IMG/VR virus record: IMGVR_UViG_3300010401_000039
Coordinates: 1-59,731 of that record
DNA length: 59,731 nt
Strand: one strand, 5' to 3'
Origin: a virus
Taxonomy: Duplodnaviria > Caudoviricetes
Below the pieces are notes generated by a model. That model did no database searches. It was not told the DNA's origin and saw only the letters and a list, made by a program, of their open reading frames with translations. Positions 24,249-33,401 of this stretch are shown in pieces. Within the stretch, counting starts at the first letter, position 1. Every line of letters starts with the position of its first letter. The translations under genes were made by a program, and so were the position numbers.

Positions 24249-26567
24249 TTACTCCTTGTTCTTGGTCGCGCTGGCCTTCTTCGCCGCTGCCTTGGCTTCC
24301 GCTTCCGCCTTGCGCTCGATGGCGCGCACTTCGGCTGCCGTCTTGGCGTGCTGCGCTGCCGTCTCCGCCACGCCCTCCATGCCCGCAACGAACACGTCGG
24401 CACGCGTCTTTTCCATCTCGTGCGCCTGCTTCTGGCGGAACGCAGCTTCCTTTTGTGCGAGCTTCTGCTGGTCGCTGACCTGTTTGGCCTGCACCTTTGC
24501 TTGCGTGGTCGCCGCAATCGACGCCACCTTGGCCATCGTCTCCGGGTCTTGGTGCCCGTTCTGTTGCGCTGCCATTTCTTGTTGCCGTTGCGCGAACGCC
24601 TTAACCTGATTACCCAGCTTGCCCAAGAAATCGCGATACTGTTTCACGCGCTGCGCCTCGCTCTCGTCCTGCTCCAGCAAATCAATGTGCTGCGTCACGT
24701 AAGCTGCGGCATTCGTTATCCCGACCACGTCCTGCGGCATGCCCACGCCGCCGCTCTGCTCAATCTGCTGCACCTTCATGTCCATCATTCGTAGCAGCGT
24801 TTCGATAACTTCGCGGTGCGAGTCGCCTTCCTTGACTGGCATCGGCACGCCGGTCATCAGCGTCCCCCACGCAAGCGCCGCATCGAACACCGTGTCTGTG
24901 ATCTTGTTCGGCTTGATTGGCGCAAGCTCATCCGCTTCCGCCGCGCTGTCCGTCACCGCCAGCACCAACTTATGCAGCGTCCGTTGTTGCGCCGACGGCT
25001 CCATAAACTGCCGCACGCTCATCAGTTTGTCCGCGCCGGCCAACTCAAGTTGCTTGCTGCCGCCGCCCATGACGGTCTCGGCGCGTATCTCCCAGCGGTC
25101 CGAGTCCAACCACTTCTCAAGCACGCCCGCCTCGCGGCACCGCTTCTGGAACGCCTTCGCGTCCGCGTTGTGCGTGTCCTTCAGGCACAGGCGCCGACAA
25201 ATCTCGCGATACTCAAACTCCGCCTGTATGTACGCATTATTGAGCAGCGAACTGAGCAACGCGCTGGTCTGCGCCAAGAGCGCTTGCACCTCGAACTTGG
25301 TGCGCTCCTTCTCCGTCCCGCTGTCGATGTCCTGTGTGTAGCTGCTCGCGCTCTCGCCCATGTATTGCTTCAGGTTGCTGAACAGCATTTGGCTTAGCTG
25401 CGGGTCAAACTGATAACGGTCCTCGCGCTTCACAAATCCAATGCCATCGGGCAGCAGGCCGTAACGAAGGCCGAAGTGGATTTTATCGACGGCTGCGCGA
25501 TCCGCCGGGTCTTGCACTCTGAGCAGTAACAGAAAGTCTTCGTGAACCTTCGACACGAAGCGGTTCATCGTCATGTCCTGTATCTGGCATAGGTCAAATA
25601 GCAGGAATCCAAGCGACCGAATGCTGTAGAACATGAACGGCGCTTTGTGATTCGAGTCGCCGACTTGCATGTGCAAAATCTTGTCGAGCGAGTCTGTCAC
25701 CGGGCGCTTGCTCTCGTACAAAAACTCGTCGAGTTCGTTTACGGTGCCGTAGCTGTTGGTGAATTCGCGGTCCAACACGATTTGCAGGTTCCACTCGCCG
25801 GTCTCGTCATCTTGCGAGTAGAAGTCGAAGCACCATATCTTGGGCACGGCATCGGACTGCCAGTAAACGCAGTTTTGCTTGTAAAGCTCTGCGGCCTTTT
25901 CGGGATAGTTTACCCAATCGTACGCTTGGTCCGATGTGTCGTCCTTCTTTATGGCTTGCAGAACGCGCCTCACCATCTTGACGTTCCATCCCGGATCAAT
26001 GTTTTCGTCCTTGGCAATCGTCTTGCGGTAAAGTTCATACGGCGTCATTCCGCGACGCACCGAGAAGTGGGAAATCCCGTTCAAGCTAACGGGCGTATCC
26101 GTGGGGCACAGCCAATCTTCAATCGCGATGAAGTCAGGAATCAGTTGGTCCTTGTCGAACCACATCTTGATGGCTACGCCGTTGAGCATCACTGACGCGC
26201 CCGTCTCACGAATCAAGCTCCAGTACTCTCGCGAGCGCTTCAATGGTCGATTCGCCTCCTTGGTAATGATTTGCCCCCATTCTAGCGCTTTATCCACCGG
26301 GGCATCCTCAAGGGAAACGTTAAAGTAGTGCGCCGTCTTGCCAAAGGCGTTCTCGTATTGCCTTCGGGCCGTCGCGAGCAGATTTGAGCAGGTCTTGGTC
26401 GAAAAGTTGACATCCAGTTTGTTCTCCGCCATCTGCGCGTCAGTAAAAGGCGGCAACCCGTTCGCTTGATTTTGGATGAGCACGCGGTTACGCGCCCGAA
26501 TCTCGTCCGCGAGCCGCATGCTTTGAATCACCTCGCCAACTTTGGTGGCTGTTGATGTGTCGCTCAT
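24249..26567 (-). CDS. Portal protein (P22/podovirus-like with long helical C-terminus)
   Basis: About 772 aa, in the same operon as terminase, with a Q/A/K-rich coiled-coil tail. Confidence 0.75.
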   Translation of the reverse strand: MSDTSTATKVGEVIQSMRLADEIRARNRVLIQNQANGLPPFTDAQMAENKLDVNFSTKTCSNLLATARRQYENAFGKTAHYFNVSLEDAPVDKALEWGQIITKEANRPLKRSREYWSLIRETGASVMLNGVAIKMWFDKDQLIPDFIAIEDWLCPTDTPVSLNGISHFSVRRGMTPYELYRKTIAKDENIDPGWNVKMVRRVLQAIKKDDTSDQAYDWVNYPEKAAELYKQNCVYWQSDAVPKIWCFDFYSQDDETGEWNLQIVLDREFTNSYGTVNELDEFLYESKRPVTDSLDKILHMQVGDSNHKAPFMFYSIRSLGFLLFDLCQIQDMTMNRFVSKVHEDFLLLLRVQDPADRAAVDKIHFGLRYGLLPDGIGFVKREDRYQFDPQLSQMLFSNLKQYMGESASSYTQDIDSGTEKERTKFEVQALLAQTSALLSSLLNNAYIQAEFEYREICRRLCLKDTHNADAKAFQKRCREAGVLEKWLDSDRWEIRAETVMGGGSKQLELAGADKLMSVRQFMEPSAQQRTLHKLVLAVTDSAAEADELAPIKPNKITDTVFDAALAWGTLMTGVPMPVKEGDSHREVIETLLRMMDMKVQQIEQSGGVGMPQDVVGITNAAAYVTQHIDLLEQDESEAQRVKQYRDFLGKLGNQVKAFAQRQQEMAAQQNGHQDPETMAKVASIAATTQAKVQAKQVSDQQKLAQKEAAFRQKQAHEMEKTRADVFVAGMEGVAETAAQHAKTAAEVRAIERKAEAEAKAAAKKASATKNKE

Positions 26568-27214
26568 AGATTCAAGAGTTGTTGTGCTCCACGGTAAGCC
26601 GCCCACTCAATTAGCGATTTGGCACCTTTGCTAAGATTGCAAGGTCCGCAGGAAACGCACAGATTTTCGACTGCGTGCAGTCCGCCCTTAGAAAGCGCGA
26701 TGATGTGGTCGAAGTGAATGGTGCGTGTAGAAACTCTCTCTTGGCAGTAGTAGCAGGTTGCAAGGGGCTTTGCCTTTATGCTCCGCACGAAGGCTATAAT
26801 GCCTTGCATGTTGATTGTGGCCGCTTTCTTTAACGCGTTTCGCTTTTGCACGCGGGCGAAACTCTCTGCTTTGTGCCCTTTGTAATAGGCAACGCCCTGC
26901 TCACGCAGCTTTTCTCGGTTGGCTTCTCTGTAAACGATGCCTCGCGATTGCCTCTTTTGTTTGTGCTGCTCTAGTTTGTGAGGGTCGGCTTTTATTACGT
27001 CACGCGCCAAAGCTGCCTGCTGTTTTGCATGCTCCTGGTTTGCCTTGTAATATGCCGCGCCTCGTCGAAGTCTGCGCTCCCTGTTTTTTGTGTGGTATTC
27101 GGCTTGGTAACGGCGTTGCTTCTCGATGACTTCGGCTTTCTGCGCCTCGGTCATGGATTGCCAGCGACGGCGACGATACTCCATCTTTCTTTGGCTCTGC
27201 TGCGTGGCGCTCAT
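26564..27214 (-). CDS. HNH endonuclease
   Basis: CYYC...HFDHIIALSKGGLHAVENLCVSCGPCNLSKG. Basic helical N-terminus. Confidence 0.9.
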   Translation of the reverse strand: MSATQQSQRKMEYRRRRWQSMTEAQKAEVIEKQRRYQAEYHTKNRERRLRRGAAYYKANQEHAKQQAALARDVIKADPHKLEQHKQKRQSRGIVYREANREKLREQGVAYYKGHKAESFARVQKRNALKKAATINMQGIIAFVRSIKAKPLATCYYCQERVSTRTIHFDHIIALSKGGLHAVENLCVSCGPCNLSKGAKSLIEWAAYRGAQQLLNL

Positions 27215-28323
27215 ATCACAGCCATCGGCTCACGCTGTTTGGTCGCCTGTTGCTGCGCCTTGCGCTTCGCCTCCTCCTGGTATTCCTTGCTGCGTTGTGC
27301 GGCGGATTTGCGGCGTTCGGCGAGTGTTGCGTCGCCGCCTTTGAAGTTCGGGTTCGCCTCGCCGGGCTTGCCCACGACCGCTTCGCCTTCCTGCGTCGGT
27401 GCAGGCTCCGTTGCCGTCGGCAACGCCTTAGGTGCTTCGATCAGCCCCGCTTCCAGCGCCTTGTCCAGCACGTATGCGCTCGCTCCGGTTGGCTTCAGCG
27501 CCTCTACCGCCAGCGCCTTCCTGTGCTCCAAGCCGACGCGCCACATCGTCAGAAAGTCCTCCGTCTCTTTCACCCGGTGGAAGATTGCCGCCTCGCGCTT
27601 GATGAAGTCCAACGTCACCACGTTCGCCGGGTCCGCCTCCGTCCGCAGCGTCTTGAACACAGGCGGCGTGCTGTAAGCCGTCCCCCAATGGCTCTGTATC
27701 AGCGGCGTGTGATGCGCCCGCGGCGTCAGCGTGTCCGCGAAGGTCATATCCCACGCGCCCACTGCGGGTGCCTCGCGCTGTCCCGGCCGGCGCACCGGAC
27801 TCGTCGGCCCGGTGAACTTCGCTTCCTGCCATCGCTTGCTGAGCAGTCCGAACAAATCCTGCGGATAAACCGCGATGCCGCTCACGTATCGCTTTGGCAA
27901 ACCTTCCGGCGCGTCTGGGTTGTCAATCACATGCCCCATCAGCGGCCGCGGGCATAGGCGATACGCGCCCGCCAAATCATCCAGCCAGCCCGCTCGCAGC
28001 GGCACGCAATCCGGCTCCACCCACAGCCACGGCAACTTGTAGCCCTCGTAAATCTGCCGCGCCACCGCCCGAAACATCAGGTTCGCTGCCAGTGGCCAGC
28101 CCTTCGCGCCTGTCTGTATAATCATTGCCCGCACGCTATGGAATGCCGGTCGCGCCACATCCAGAAGCGCCTTCACGCGCTCCTGCGGGATGCCCGCGTC
28201 CGCGCCCACCAACAGGCTGTGCTCGCGCATTGGGCCAAGTTCTACCATCCACTTCATCAGCGTCTCGGCCTGTTCGATGTCGCCTGCGTGCGTGGGCAGC
28301 GCGACTATTAGGGGTATGCTCAT
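27211..28323 (-). CDS. Glycosyltransferase-like (GT-A fold) protein
   Basis: IVALP...GWPLAANLMF...WLWVEPDCVPLRAGWLDDL...SGIAVYP...WD...IFHRVK. Confidence 0.55.
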   Translation of the reverse strand: MSIPLIVALPTHAGDIEQAETLMKWMVELGPMREHSLLVGADAGIPQERVKALLDVARPAFHSVRAMIIQTGAKGWPLAANLMFRAVARQIYEGYKLPWLWVEPDCVPLRAGWLDDLAGAYRLCPRPLMGHVIDNPDAPEGLPKRYVSGIAVYPQDLFGLLSKRWQEAKFTGPTSPVRRPGQREAPAVGAWDMTFADTLTPRAHHTPLIQSHWGTAYSTPPVFKTLRTEADPANVVTLDFIKREAAIFHRVKETEDFLTMWRVGLEHRKALAVEALKPTGASAYVLDKALEAGLIEAPKALPTATEPAPTQEGEAVVGKPGEANPNFKGGDATLAERRKSAAQRSKEYQEEAKRKAQQQATKQREPMAVI

Positions 28324-28826
28324 GGAGTTTGTTGGGGTTTGTACAGACACAAGGATGCGTTGGTAAGAGCGAACTCTCCGAAATGTTTGACAACTTCAGC
28401 ATCGTAACGCTTCGCGGCTTCTTCTGCTGTGTCGAAGTAACCGAAAACTATTTCTTGGCGACTAATTTGAATTCGAGCGCGCCATTTCTTCATACCTTTG
28501 TGCCAAGAAACTCCTTTGAAGCCAGATGTGCTTTTTGACGATAGTTTCTGATGTCGCACGTTTTCGGCGTTAGTCGCCAAGCTGAGATTGGATTTTTGGT
28601 TGTTTAATCCGTTGTGATCCGCGTGATGAACTTGCAATCCTTTTGGCGCGCCCATTATCAAACGGTGCATCAATACAAATCGCCGTTGCCCGGCTCTTCC
28701 GGGGTTAGTTGAAGCGTAAAGCCCCCCATTAGATTTATGGGTGTGCCATTTGTATTCTGAGATCAACGGCAAATCTTCGTCGTCAACCAAAGCAACTTGA
28801 TTTTTTGTCAGCGGGATTTCTTTCAT
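28320..28826 (-). CDS. HNH-AP2 endonuclease (paralogue of 2230..2724)
   Basis: MKEIPLTKNQVALVD...MHRLIM...VHHADHNGLNNQKSNL...SGFKGVSW...EEAAKRYD. AT-rich. Confidence 0.9.
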   Translation of the reverse strand: MKEIPLTKNQVALVDDEDLPLISEYKWHTHKSNGGLYASTNPGRAGQRRFVLMHRLIMGAPKGLQVHHADHNGLNNQKSNLSLATNAENVRHQKLSSKSTSGFKGVSWHKGMKKWRARIQISRQEIVFGYFDTAEEAAKRYDAEVVKHFGEFALTNASLCLYKPQQTP

Positions 28827-29494
28827 TGTTGGATGTTAACTTGTCCTTCTTTAGCTATCCAACAAAAAGGCGGGAACGCGTTCAGCGTCGCCTCGTCGGT
28901 GTGCTGTAAAATGTTGTTCAGCGGCACATGCACCTTGAGCGGCAGCGGGCAGCGACAGATAGCGCACGCGTGCAACCGATCCTCGCCCTCAACGCGCAGT
29001 TTCAAGTGCTCCTTGGCGTTCATTTGCTCGGCGATGGCGCGCACGGCGTCCGCTGTCAGCCGCAAAAGGCTGTGCCCATCGCGGTTCTCTGGGCATTCCA
29101 GGCACACGTTGGCCCGTCGCTGTGCCACTTCAATGGGAACTGGCACTGCGCCCTCCCCTAGCCACTCAATCAACACGCGACCGCCGACCGCCGCATGTCC
29201 GACACTTCTTGACAGGCGGTCTATCGCTGCTCGAACGCCTTTTTTTTTATCCGCGTCGATGCAGTGCGCCGGATCATTATGCAGCCGCTCGCATTGCGCG
29301 TCGTCGATGTCCTTCAGCGCTTCCTTGGGCGTTGCCCGCTCCAGCCCGTTGCCCGCCCGGAAGTTCGCCACCTGCACCGCCAAGCTCCACGCGTCATTCA
29401 TCGTGTGGAAGTTCTTCGCGGGCGTGCGGTCCGTCGCCGCTTGCGTGTAGCGAAAGCCGCCAGGGGGCACGACCAGAATGTTGCGTAATGGCAC
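28823..29494 (-). CDS. Cys-rich hypothetical protein
   Basis: RRANVCLECPEN...CAICRCPLPLKVH...PPFCW. Confidence 0.7.
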   Translation of the reverse strand: MPLRNILVVPPGGFRYTQAATDRTPAKNFHTMNDAWSLAVQVANFRAGNGLERATPKEALKDIDDAQCERLHNDPAHCIDADKKKGVRAAIDRLSRSVGHAAVGGRVLIEWLGEGAVPVPIEVAQRRANVCLECPENRDGHSLLRLTADAVRAIAEQMNAKEHLKLRVEGEDRLHACAICRCPLPLKVHVPLNNILQHTDEATLNAFPPFCWIAKEGQVNIQQ

Positions 29495-29526
29495 TGTGCC
29501 CCTTATCTACCCCCCGGTGCACTCCG

Positions 29527-32364
29527 TCAAGCCGCAGTCTTGAGGCGCATGCTGGCGATGAGCTTCCTGTGCCGGTCGTTGAGTTCTTCCAGCCAGCTTT
29601 TGCCGCCCCCCTCGATGAACTTGTCAGCGCCCAGTTTGGCTATCTGCAAACCGCGTTGCCGCGCCCCTTCCACGGCCGTCGCCAGCCAGTCCGCCTCGTC
29701 CGGCGACCTGCCGATGCGCTGCTTGGTTTTGTCCTTCGGCTCCACGTCGCGCTTGTTGCCGCCGACAAAGATGAACTCCCGCATGAAGAACTCCTGGGCG
29801 ACCGACTCCGGCAACTCCCGCAACTGTTCGCTCTCCACTAGCCAGCGCACCGCGAACCAGAACTCGCTCACCCGCTTCTGGTATTCCTCGTCGGCGCGCT
29901 TCAACCTGCGCTGCTGCGTATGCTGATCCACAACGAACAGGTCCAGACGCACCGGCCTAGCGCTTGGCCTGCCTCCGAACTCCACCGGCACTGGAATTAC
30001 ATGCCCGAACACCCGCGCAAACGCTGCGCCCAGCGTCCCGCGCCCCGTCGAGTCATAGAACACGTTCTCGACCGGAATGCCCTCACGCAGGCACTCGTCG
30101 CGCACATGCTCGGCAATTTCGTCCTCCGGCTCCGCACCCCGCTTCATGCCAATCTTGATAACGTGCGGCTTCTCGACGCGCACAATCTGCTTGCCGTCCA
30201 CGTCGTCGCCGAACTCAATCCAGCCCCCGACGCACCTATCGCCTCCGTACGCCGCGTCCACGGCATAAATCTTCGTCCGGTTCACGCCCTTCCATGTCGC
30301 CTTCTCAAACGCCTTGTGAATTGTGCAAAGCTGCTTCGTCAAGACTCGCTGCGAGTCTTCGCCCGGCCGCATGATGCCCAAGCACATCGCGTTGAACTCC
30401 TCGCTATGCGGCCCGTAGAACCGCAGCGTGCTGTCAATGCGCTCTTGGTCGATCAGGAACGGGTAGTGCCGCCCGTCGCCCTCGAAGTTCGGTGAGTCTG
30501 TCCCGACGAAGTTGATGCACTTGCCCTTCGCGTACTTCGTCGCCCAAATCGTCGTCTTGGTGATGTCGCGCACGCTGCCCCAGCCCAGTTCCGGTTCGCA
30601 CGACTGGCCCATCGGCGAGTGCTCCCCGTTCACCGGGTTCGCGATTGGGATGAAGAAGAAGCGCTCGTTTTTGTCCAAGTTCGACGTTGCCCGCAAATAC
30701 GAAATATGCATGAGGCTGCATTCATCCGCCACGAGGAATACCCACTTGTTCTTGATGCCGACGAACGGTCCGATGCCCACCCAGTGCTCTCCCTTGTAGC
30801 AGTTGTGGACGATTACACCGTTGACTGAGTAGCTTGGATGTCCTGCAACTTCGAGATTGTGGACTCGATAGCCTCCTTGACCCGCGTCGTATCGTTCATC
30901 GCCTTCTTGTTTGAGAATCTCAACACGGTCCACCCAAGCTCCCTGAGTCGGCCGTCGCGGAATTTGTCCTTCGTTGCCACACTCGGAATCCGATGAATGC
31001 CGCCGTCGATTTCCACGCCTAACTTCAACGTTGGAAAAGCCACGTCCACCTTGTACCCGTGTCGTCTGCCGTCGGCCTTCAACAAGCCGCTCCTGACGTA
31101 AAGGTTCCACGTTGCGTCGGGAAACAGCTTCCAGATGATTAGTTCCTCTGGCGTCGGCATCCTGCCCTTGCGATGGTGCCGCTTGGAAATCCACTTCAGC
31201 CTGCAAGATAGACCGCAGAACCGCGTCCTGTCCTTCGCGGGCGATTCGCGCAGCGAAACAAAAGCCTTCCCACACCGCTGACAAGGCATCGTCTCCGGGC
31301 GATTGCGGCATTGCACTGAGCAGAAGTCGCGGTTGTGATGCACAGCTTTCATTGGTTGCCCGCAATTCTTGCACGCCTTCGACACTTTCTTGATGCAATC
31401 TTTGTGTGCGGCTGCCCATCGTCCCGCGCAATCCGTACCGCAGAAACGACCGGATCGGGCGTTGCTCTTGCGCCACGGGCGAAACGGCTTCTGGCAATGA
31501 GCGCAATTTTTGGGTGGTAGGAAAATGCGGCACTCGCTTGAGCAGTACTTTCGGTTGGGATAGCCCGGTCCCAAGTTCCCCTTGCAAGAGGCGCAGCGTT
31601 TCATGCGCCGAGAATACCCTGTCATAAGTCTCCAAGTCACGTACTTTCACCCATCCTCGTTGCGTAAAAAACGGATGTTCCTCTGTGCAATCTATCATTC
31701 GGCCATCCGACAAGTGAACTCGGAATGCTCGGTCAACTATTCTTGTGTGCGTCTCGGTAATGGTTCCGATGCCAGAGGCATTGAAAACCTTGTCTCCAAC
31801 GCGCAATGTTTCGATGGGCTTTGGACCGCTCGGAGTGTCAACCAAAGTGCCCGGTAAAAAACATGCAATCCCAATCACGCCGTTTCTGAAATCACGCGTG
31901 TCGCCGTCCTCGCTTCGGTCCGTGATGATGCACCGCTTATAGTCCAGCGCCACGCCCGGCAAATCGTCCCACCGCGCCTTGGCCTGTTTGTGCAGCTTCT
32001 TCACTTCGCCCAATATGCCGAGGTCCAATTTCTGCACCGTCGTCGTCGTCAGCAGTATCGTCGTCTCCTCCGGGTAAACGTAGTAATGCGACAGGACGAA
32101 CTTGCTCGCGTAATACGTCTTGCCGCAGCTGCCCGGTCCGAGCAGCCCTACCATGCCGCGCTTGCGAAACTCGACGCAATCCGTGAACTCGCGCAGCGCC
32201 AAGTCGCTCCACTTATTGTGCTCGTCCTCCCACAACAGCGAGTGCAACGCCCGATAATGCGTAAACAGGTCTTTGCCCTGCCGGATGCACCATTTCTCGA
32301 TGTCAATGGCGCGCGTGCCCGCTTTCCAATGATGCGAGTACCGCTCGAAGGTCGCCGTTGCCAT
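29527..32364 (-). CDS. terL: Terminase large subunit with intein
   Basis: Walker A GPGSCGKT, Walker B FLVADEC, nuclease AVDAAYGGD...YDSTGRG...GRSPDEAD. Confidence 0.9.
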   Translation of the reverse strand: MATATFERYSHHWKAGTRAIDIEKWCIRQGKDLFTHYRALHSLLWEDEHNKWSDLALREFTDCVEFRKRGMVGLLGPGSCGKTYYASKFVLSHYYVYPEETTILLTTTTVQKLDLGILGEVKKLHKQAKARWDDLPGVALDYKRCIITDRSEDGDTRDFRNGVIGIACFLPGTLVDTPSGPKPIETLRVGDKVFNASGIGTITETHTRIVDRAFRVHLSDGRMIDCTEEHPFFTQRGWVKVRDLETYDRVFSAHETLRLLQGELGTGLSQPKVLLKRVPHFPTTQKLRSLPEAVSPVAQEQRPIRSFLRYGLRGTMGSRTQRLHQESVEGVQELRATNESCASQPRLLLSAMPQSPGDDALSAVWEGFCFAARIAREGQDAVLRSILQAEVDFQAAPSQGQDADARGTNHLEAVSRRNVEPLRQERLVEGRRQTTRVQGGRGFSNVEVRRGNRRRHSSDSECGNEGQIPRRPTQGAWVDRVEILKQEGDERYDAGQGGYRVHNLEVAGHPSYSVNGVIVHNCYKGEHWVGIGPFVGIKNKWVFLVADECSLMHISYLRATSNLDKNERFFFIPIANPVNGEHSPMGQSCEPELGWGSVRDITKTTIWATKYAKGKCINFVGTDSPNFEGDGRHYPFLIDQERIDSTLRFYGPHSEEFNAMCLGIMRPGEDSQRVLTKQLCTIHKAFEKATWKGVNRTKIYAVDAAYGGDRCVGGWIEFGDDVDGKQIVRVEKPHVIKIGMKRGAEPEDEIAEHVRDECLREGIPVENVFYDSTGRGTLGAAFARVFGHVIPVPVEFGGRPSARPVRLDLFVVDQHTQQRRLKRADEEYQKRVSEFWFAVRWLVESEQLRELPESVAQEFFMREFIFVGGNKRDVEPKDKTKQRIGRSPDEADWLATAVEGARQRGLQIAKLGADKFIEGGGKSWLEELNDRHRKLIASMRLKTAA
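30802..31863 (-). mobile_element. Intein (354 aa) in terminase
   Basis: Block A CFLPGTLV, block B CTEEHPF, block F/G VHNLEVAGHPSYSVNGVIVHN, +1 residue Cys. Confidence 0.92.
30813..31604 (-). CDS. Zn-finger + DUF559/Vsr-like endonuclease nested out of frame inside the intein
   Basis: Four CxxC...(F/Y)CxxxC repeats, then TPEE..W...YKVDVAF...LGVEIDGGIH...DKFRDGRLRELGWTVLRF. Confidence 0.85.
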   Translation of the reverse strand: MKRCASCKGNLGPGYPNRKYCSSECRIFLPPKNCAHCQKPFRPWRKSNARSGRFCGTDCAGRWAAAHKDCIKKVSKACKNCGQPMKAVHHNRDFCSVQCRNRPETMPCQRCGKAFVSLRESPAKDRTRFCGLSCRLKWISKRHHRKGRMPTPEELIIWKLFPDATWNLYVRSGLLKADGRRHGYKVDVAFPTLKLGVEIDGGIHRIPSVATKDKFRDGRLRELGWTVLRFSNKKAMNDTTRVKEAIESTISKLQDIQATQSTV

Positions 32365-32432
32365 TGACGGAACCTACGCGAGGGCGCATAAGGTAGGCAA
32401 TACCCGAACGGCGGGCCAACGAAAGGCACTTT

Positions 32433-33260
32433 ATGAGCTTCGGATTACAGGACTGCTGCCAAGTATGTCCAACTCCAGAGACGGTCTCGATACCGGGTTT
32501 GGAAGGGCCGCCGGGCACCGACGGCACCAACGGTACCAACGGCGTCAGCGCCTTCACCTTCACCACTGCCGACTTCGTTGTGCCACCTGCGGACGGTGCG
32601 ACACCCGTAACTGTCGAAGTGGAAAACACAAGTTGGATGGCTGACGGGGAGCCAATCTTCATTCCAGGCGGTCTGTTCTTTCTCGTTGACGCGATTATCG
32701 ACAGCACCCATTTCAGCGTGGTCAGTCCTGATTGGGAAAGCAACACGCACGCTGGCGATACGATTTCTGCTGGTGAAAAGGTTTCCCCATCTGGTTGGCA
32801 GCCCGCCGTCACTCCACTGCCCGCTATCAACGCCGTCGTTAAGTACGCCAGCGGCACCGGACACGTCATTACTGGTGCGGCGTTTGCCGAAGTCACGTTT
32901 GGAACCAGTGGCGCTGAGGAAATAACGCTGACAACCGCAGGTGCGTGGATGCTCTATGCGCGAGCACGCGTCGATTACACGGGTAGCACATTTGCTGCAT
33001 CGCGCACCGTCAGCCTAAAGTTGCACAGGCAGAACAACACGCCAGGCGACGTGGCTAACGCTGCCACTGCGTTCAAGACTCGCGTCGTCACCGCTGAAAC
33101 ATCTACGGCCATCGACTTGGTTGTGCCGCCTGTGATGTATTCCACGGCTGGCGTGACCGACATCATTGAAATGATGGTGGCGATTGACACGGACCCATCT
33201 GGCGGCACGACGATTACCATTGTCGAGTGCGAGATTGTGGCCGTGTTCCTTCACGCTTGA
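32433..33260 (+). CDS. Virion protein with short collagen-like (GXY) segment
   Basis: DCCQVC N-terminus, GLEGPPGTDGTNGTNG, beta-rich C-terminus. Confidence 0.7.
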   Translation: MSFGLQDCCQVCPTPETVSIPGLEGPPGTDGTNGTNGVSAFTFTTADFVVPPADGATPVTVEVENTSWMADGEPIFIPGGLFFLVDAIIDSTHFSVVSPDWESNTHAGDTISAGEKVSPSGWQPAVTPLPAINAVVKYASGTGHVITGAAFAEVTFGTSGAEEITLTTAGAWMLYARARVDYTGSTFAASRTVSLKLHRQNNTPGDVANAATAFKTRVVTAETSTAIDLVVPPVMYSTAGVTDIIEMMVAIDTDPSGGTTITIVECEIVAVFLHA

Positions 33261-33278
33261 CGGGGACGCCCGCTCCTT

Positions 33279-33401
33279 CACATAGCCGCCCACTTCCACC
33301 TCAACGTAAAAGTCGTTGAGAAACGCCTGCGCCTTGGGTGGCCACCGGAAGCAGCCTTTACAGCGCCGTTGAAACAGCGGATAAGTGAGTGGATTGGCTG
33401 A
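33279..33401 (+). pseudogene. Relic of a homing-endonuclease C-terminal DNA-binding domain
   Basis: Startless frame HIAAHFHLNVKVVEKRLRLGWPPEAAFTAPL, overlapping the start of the next gene. Confidence 0.55.
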
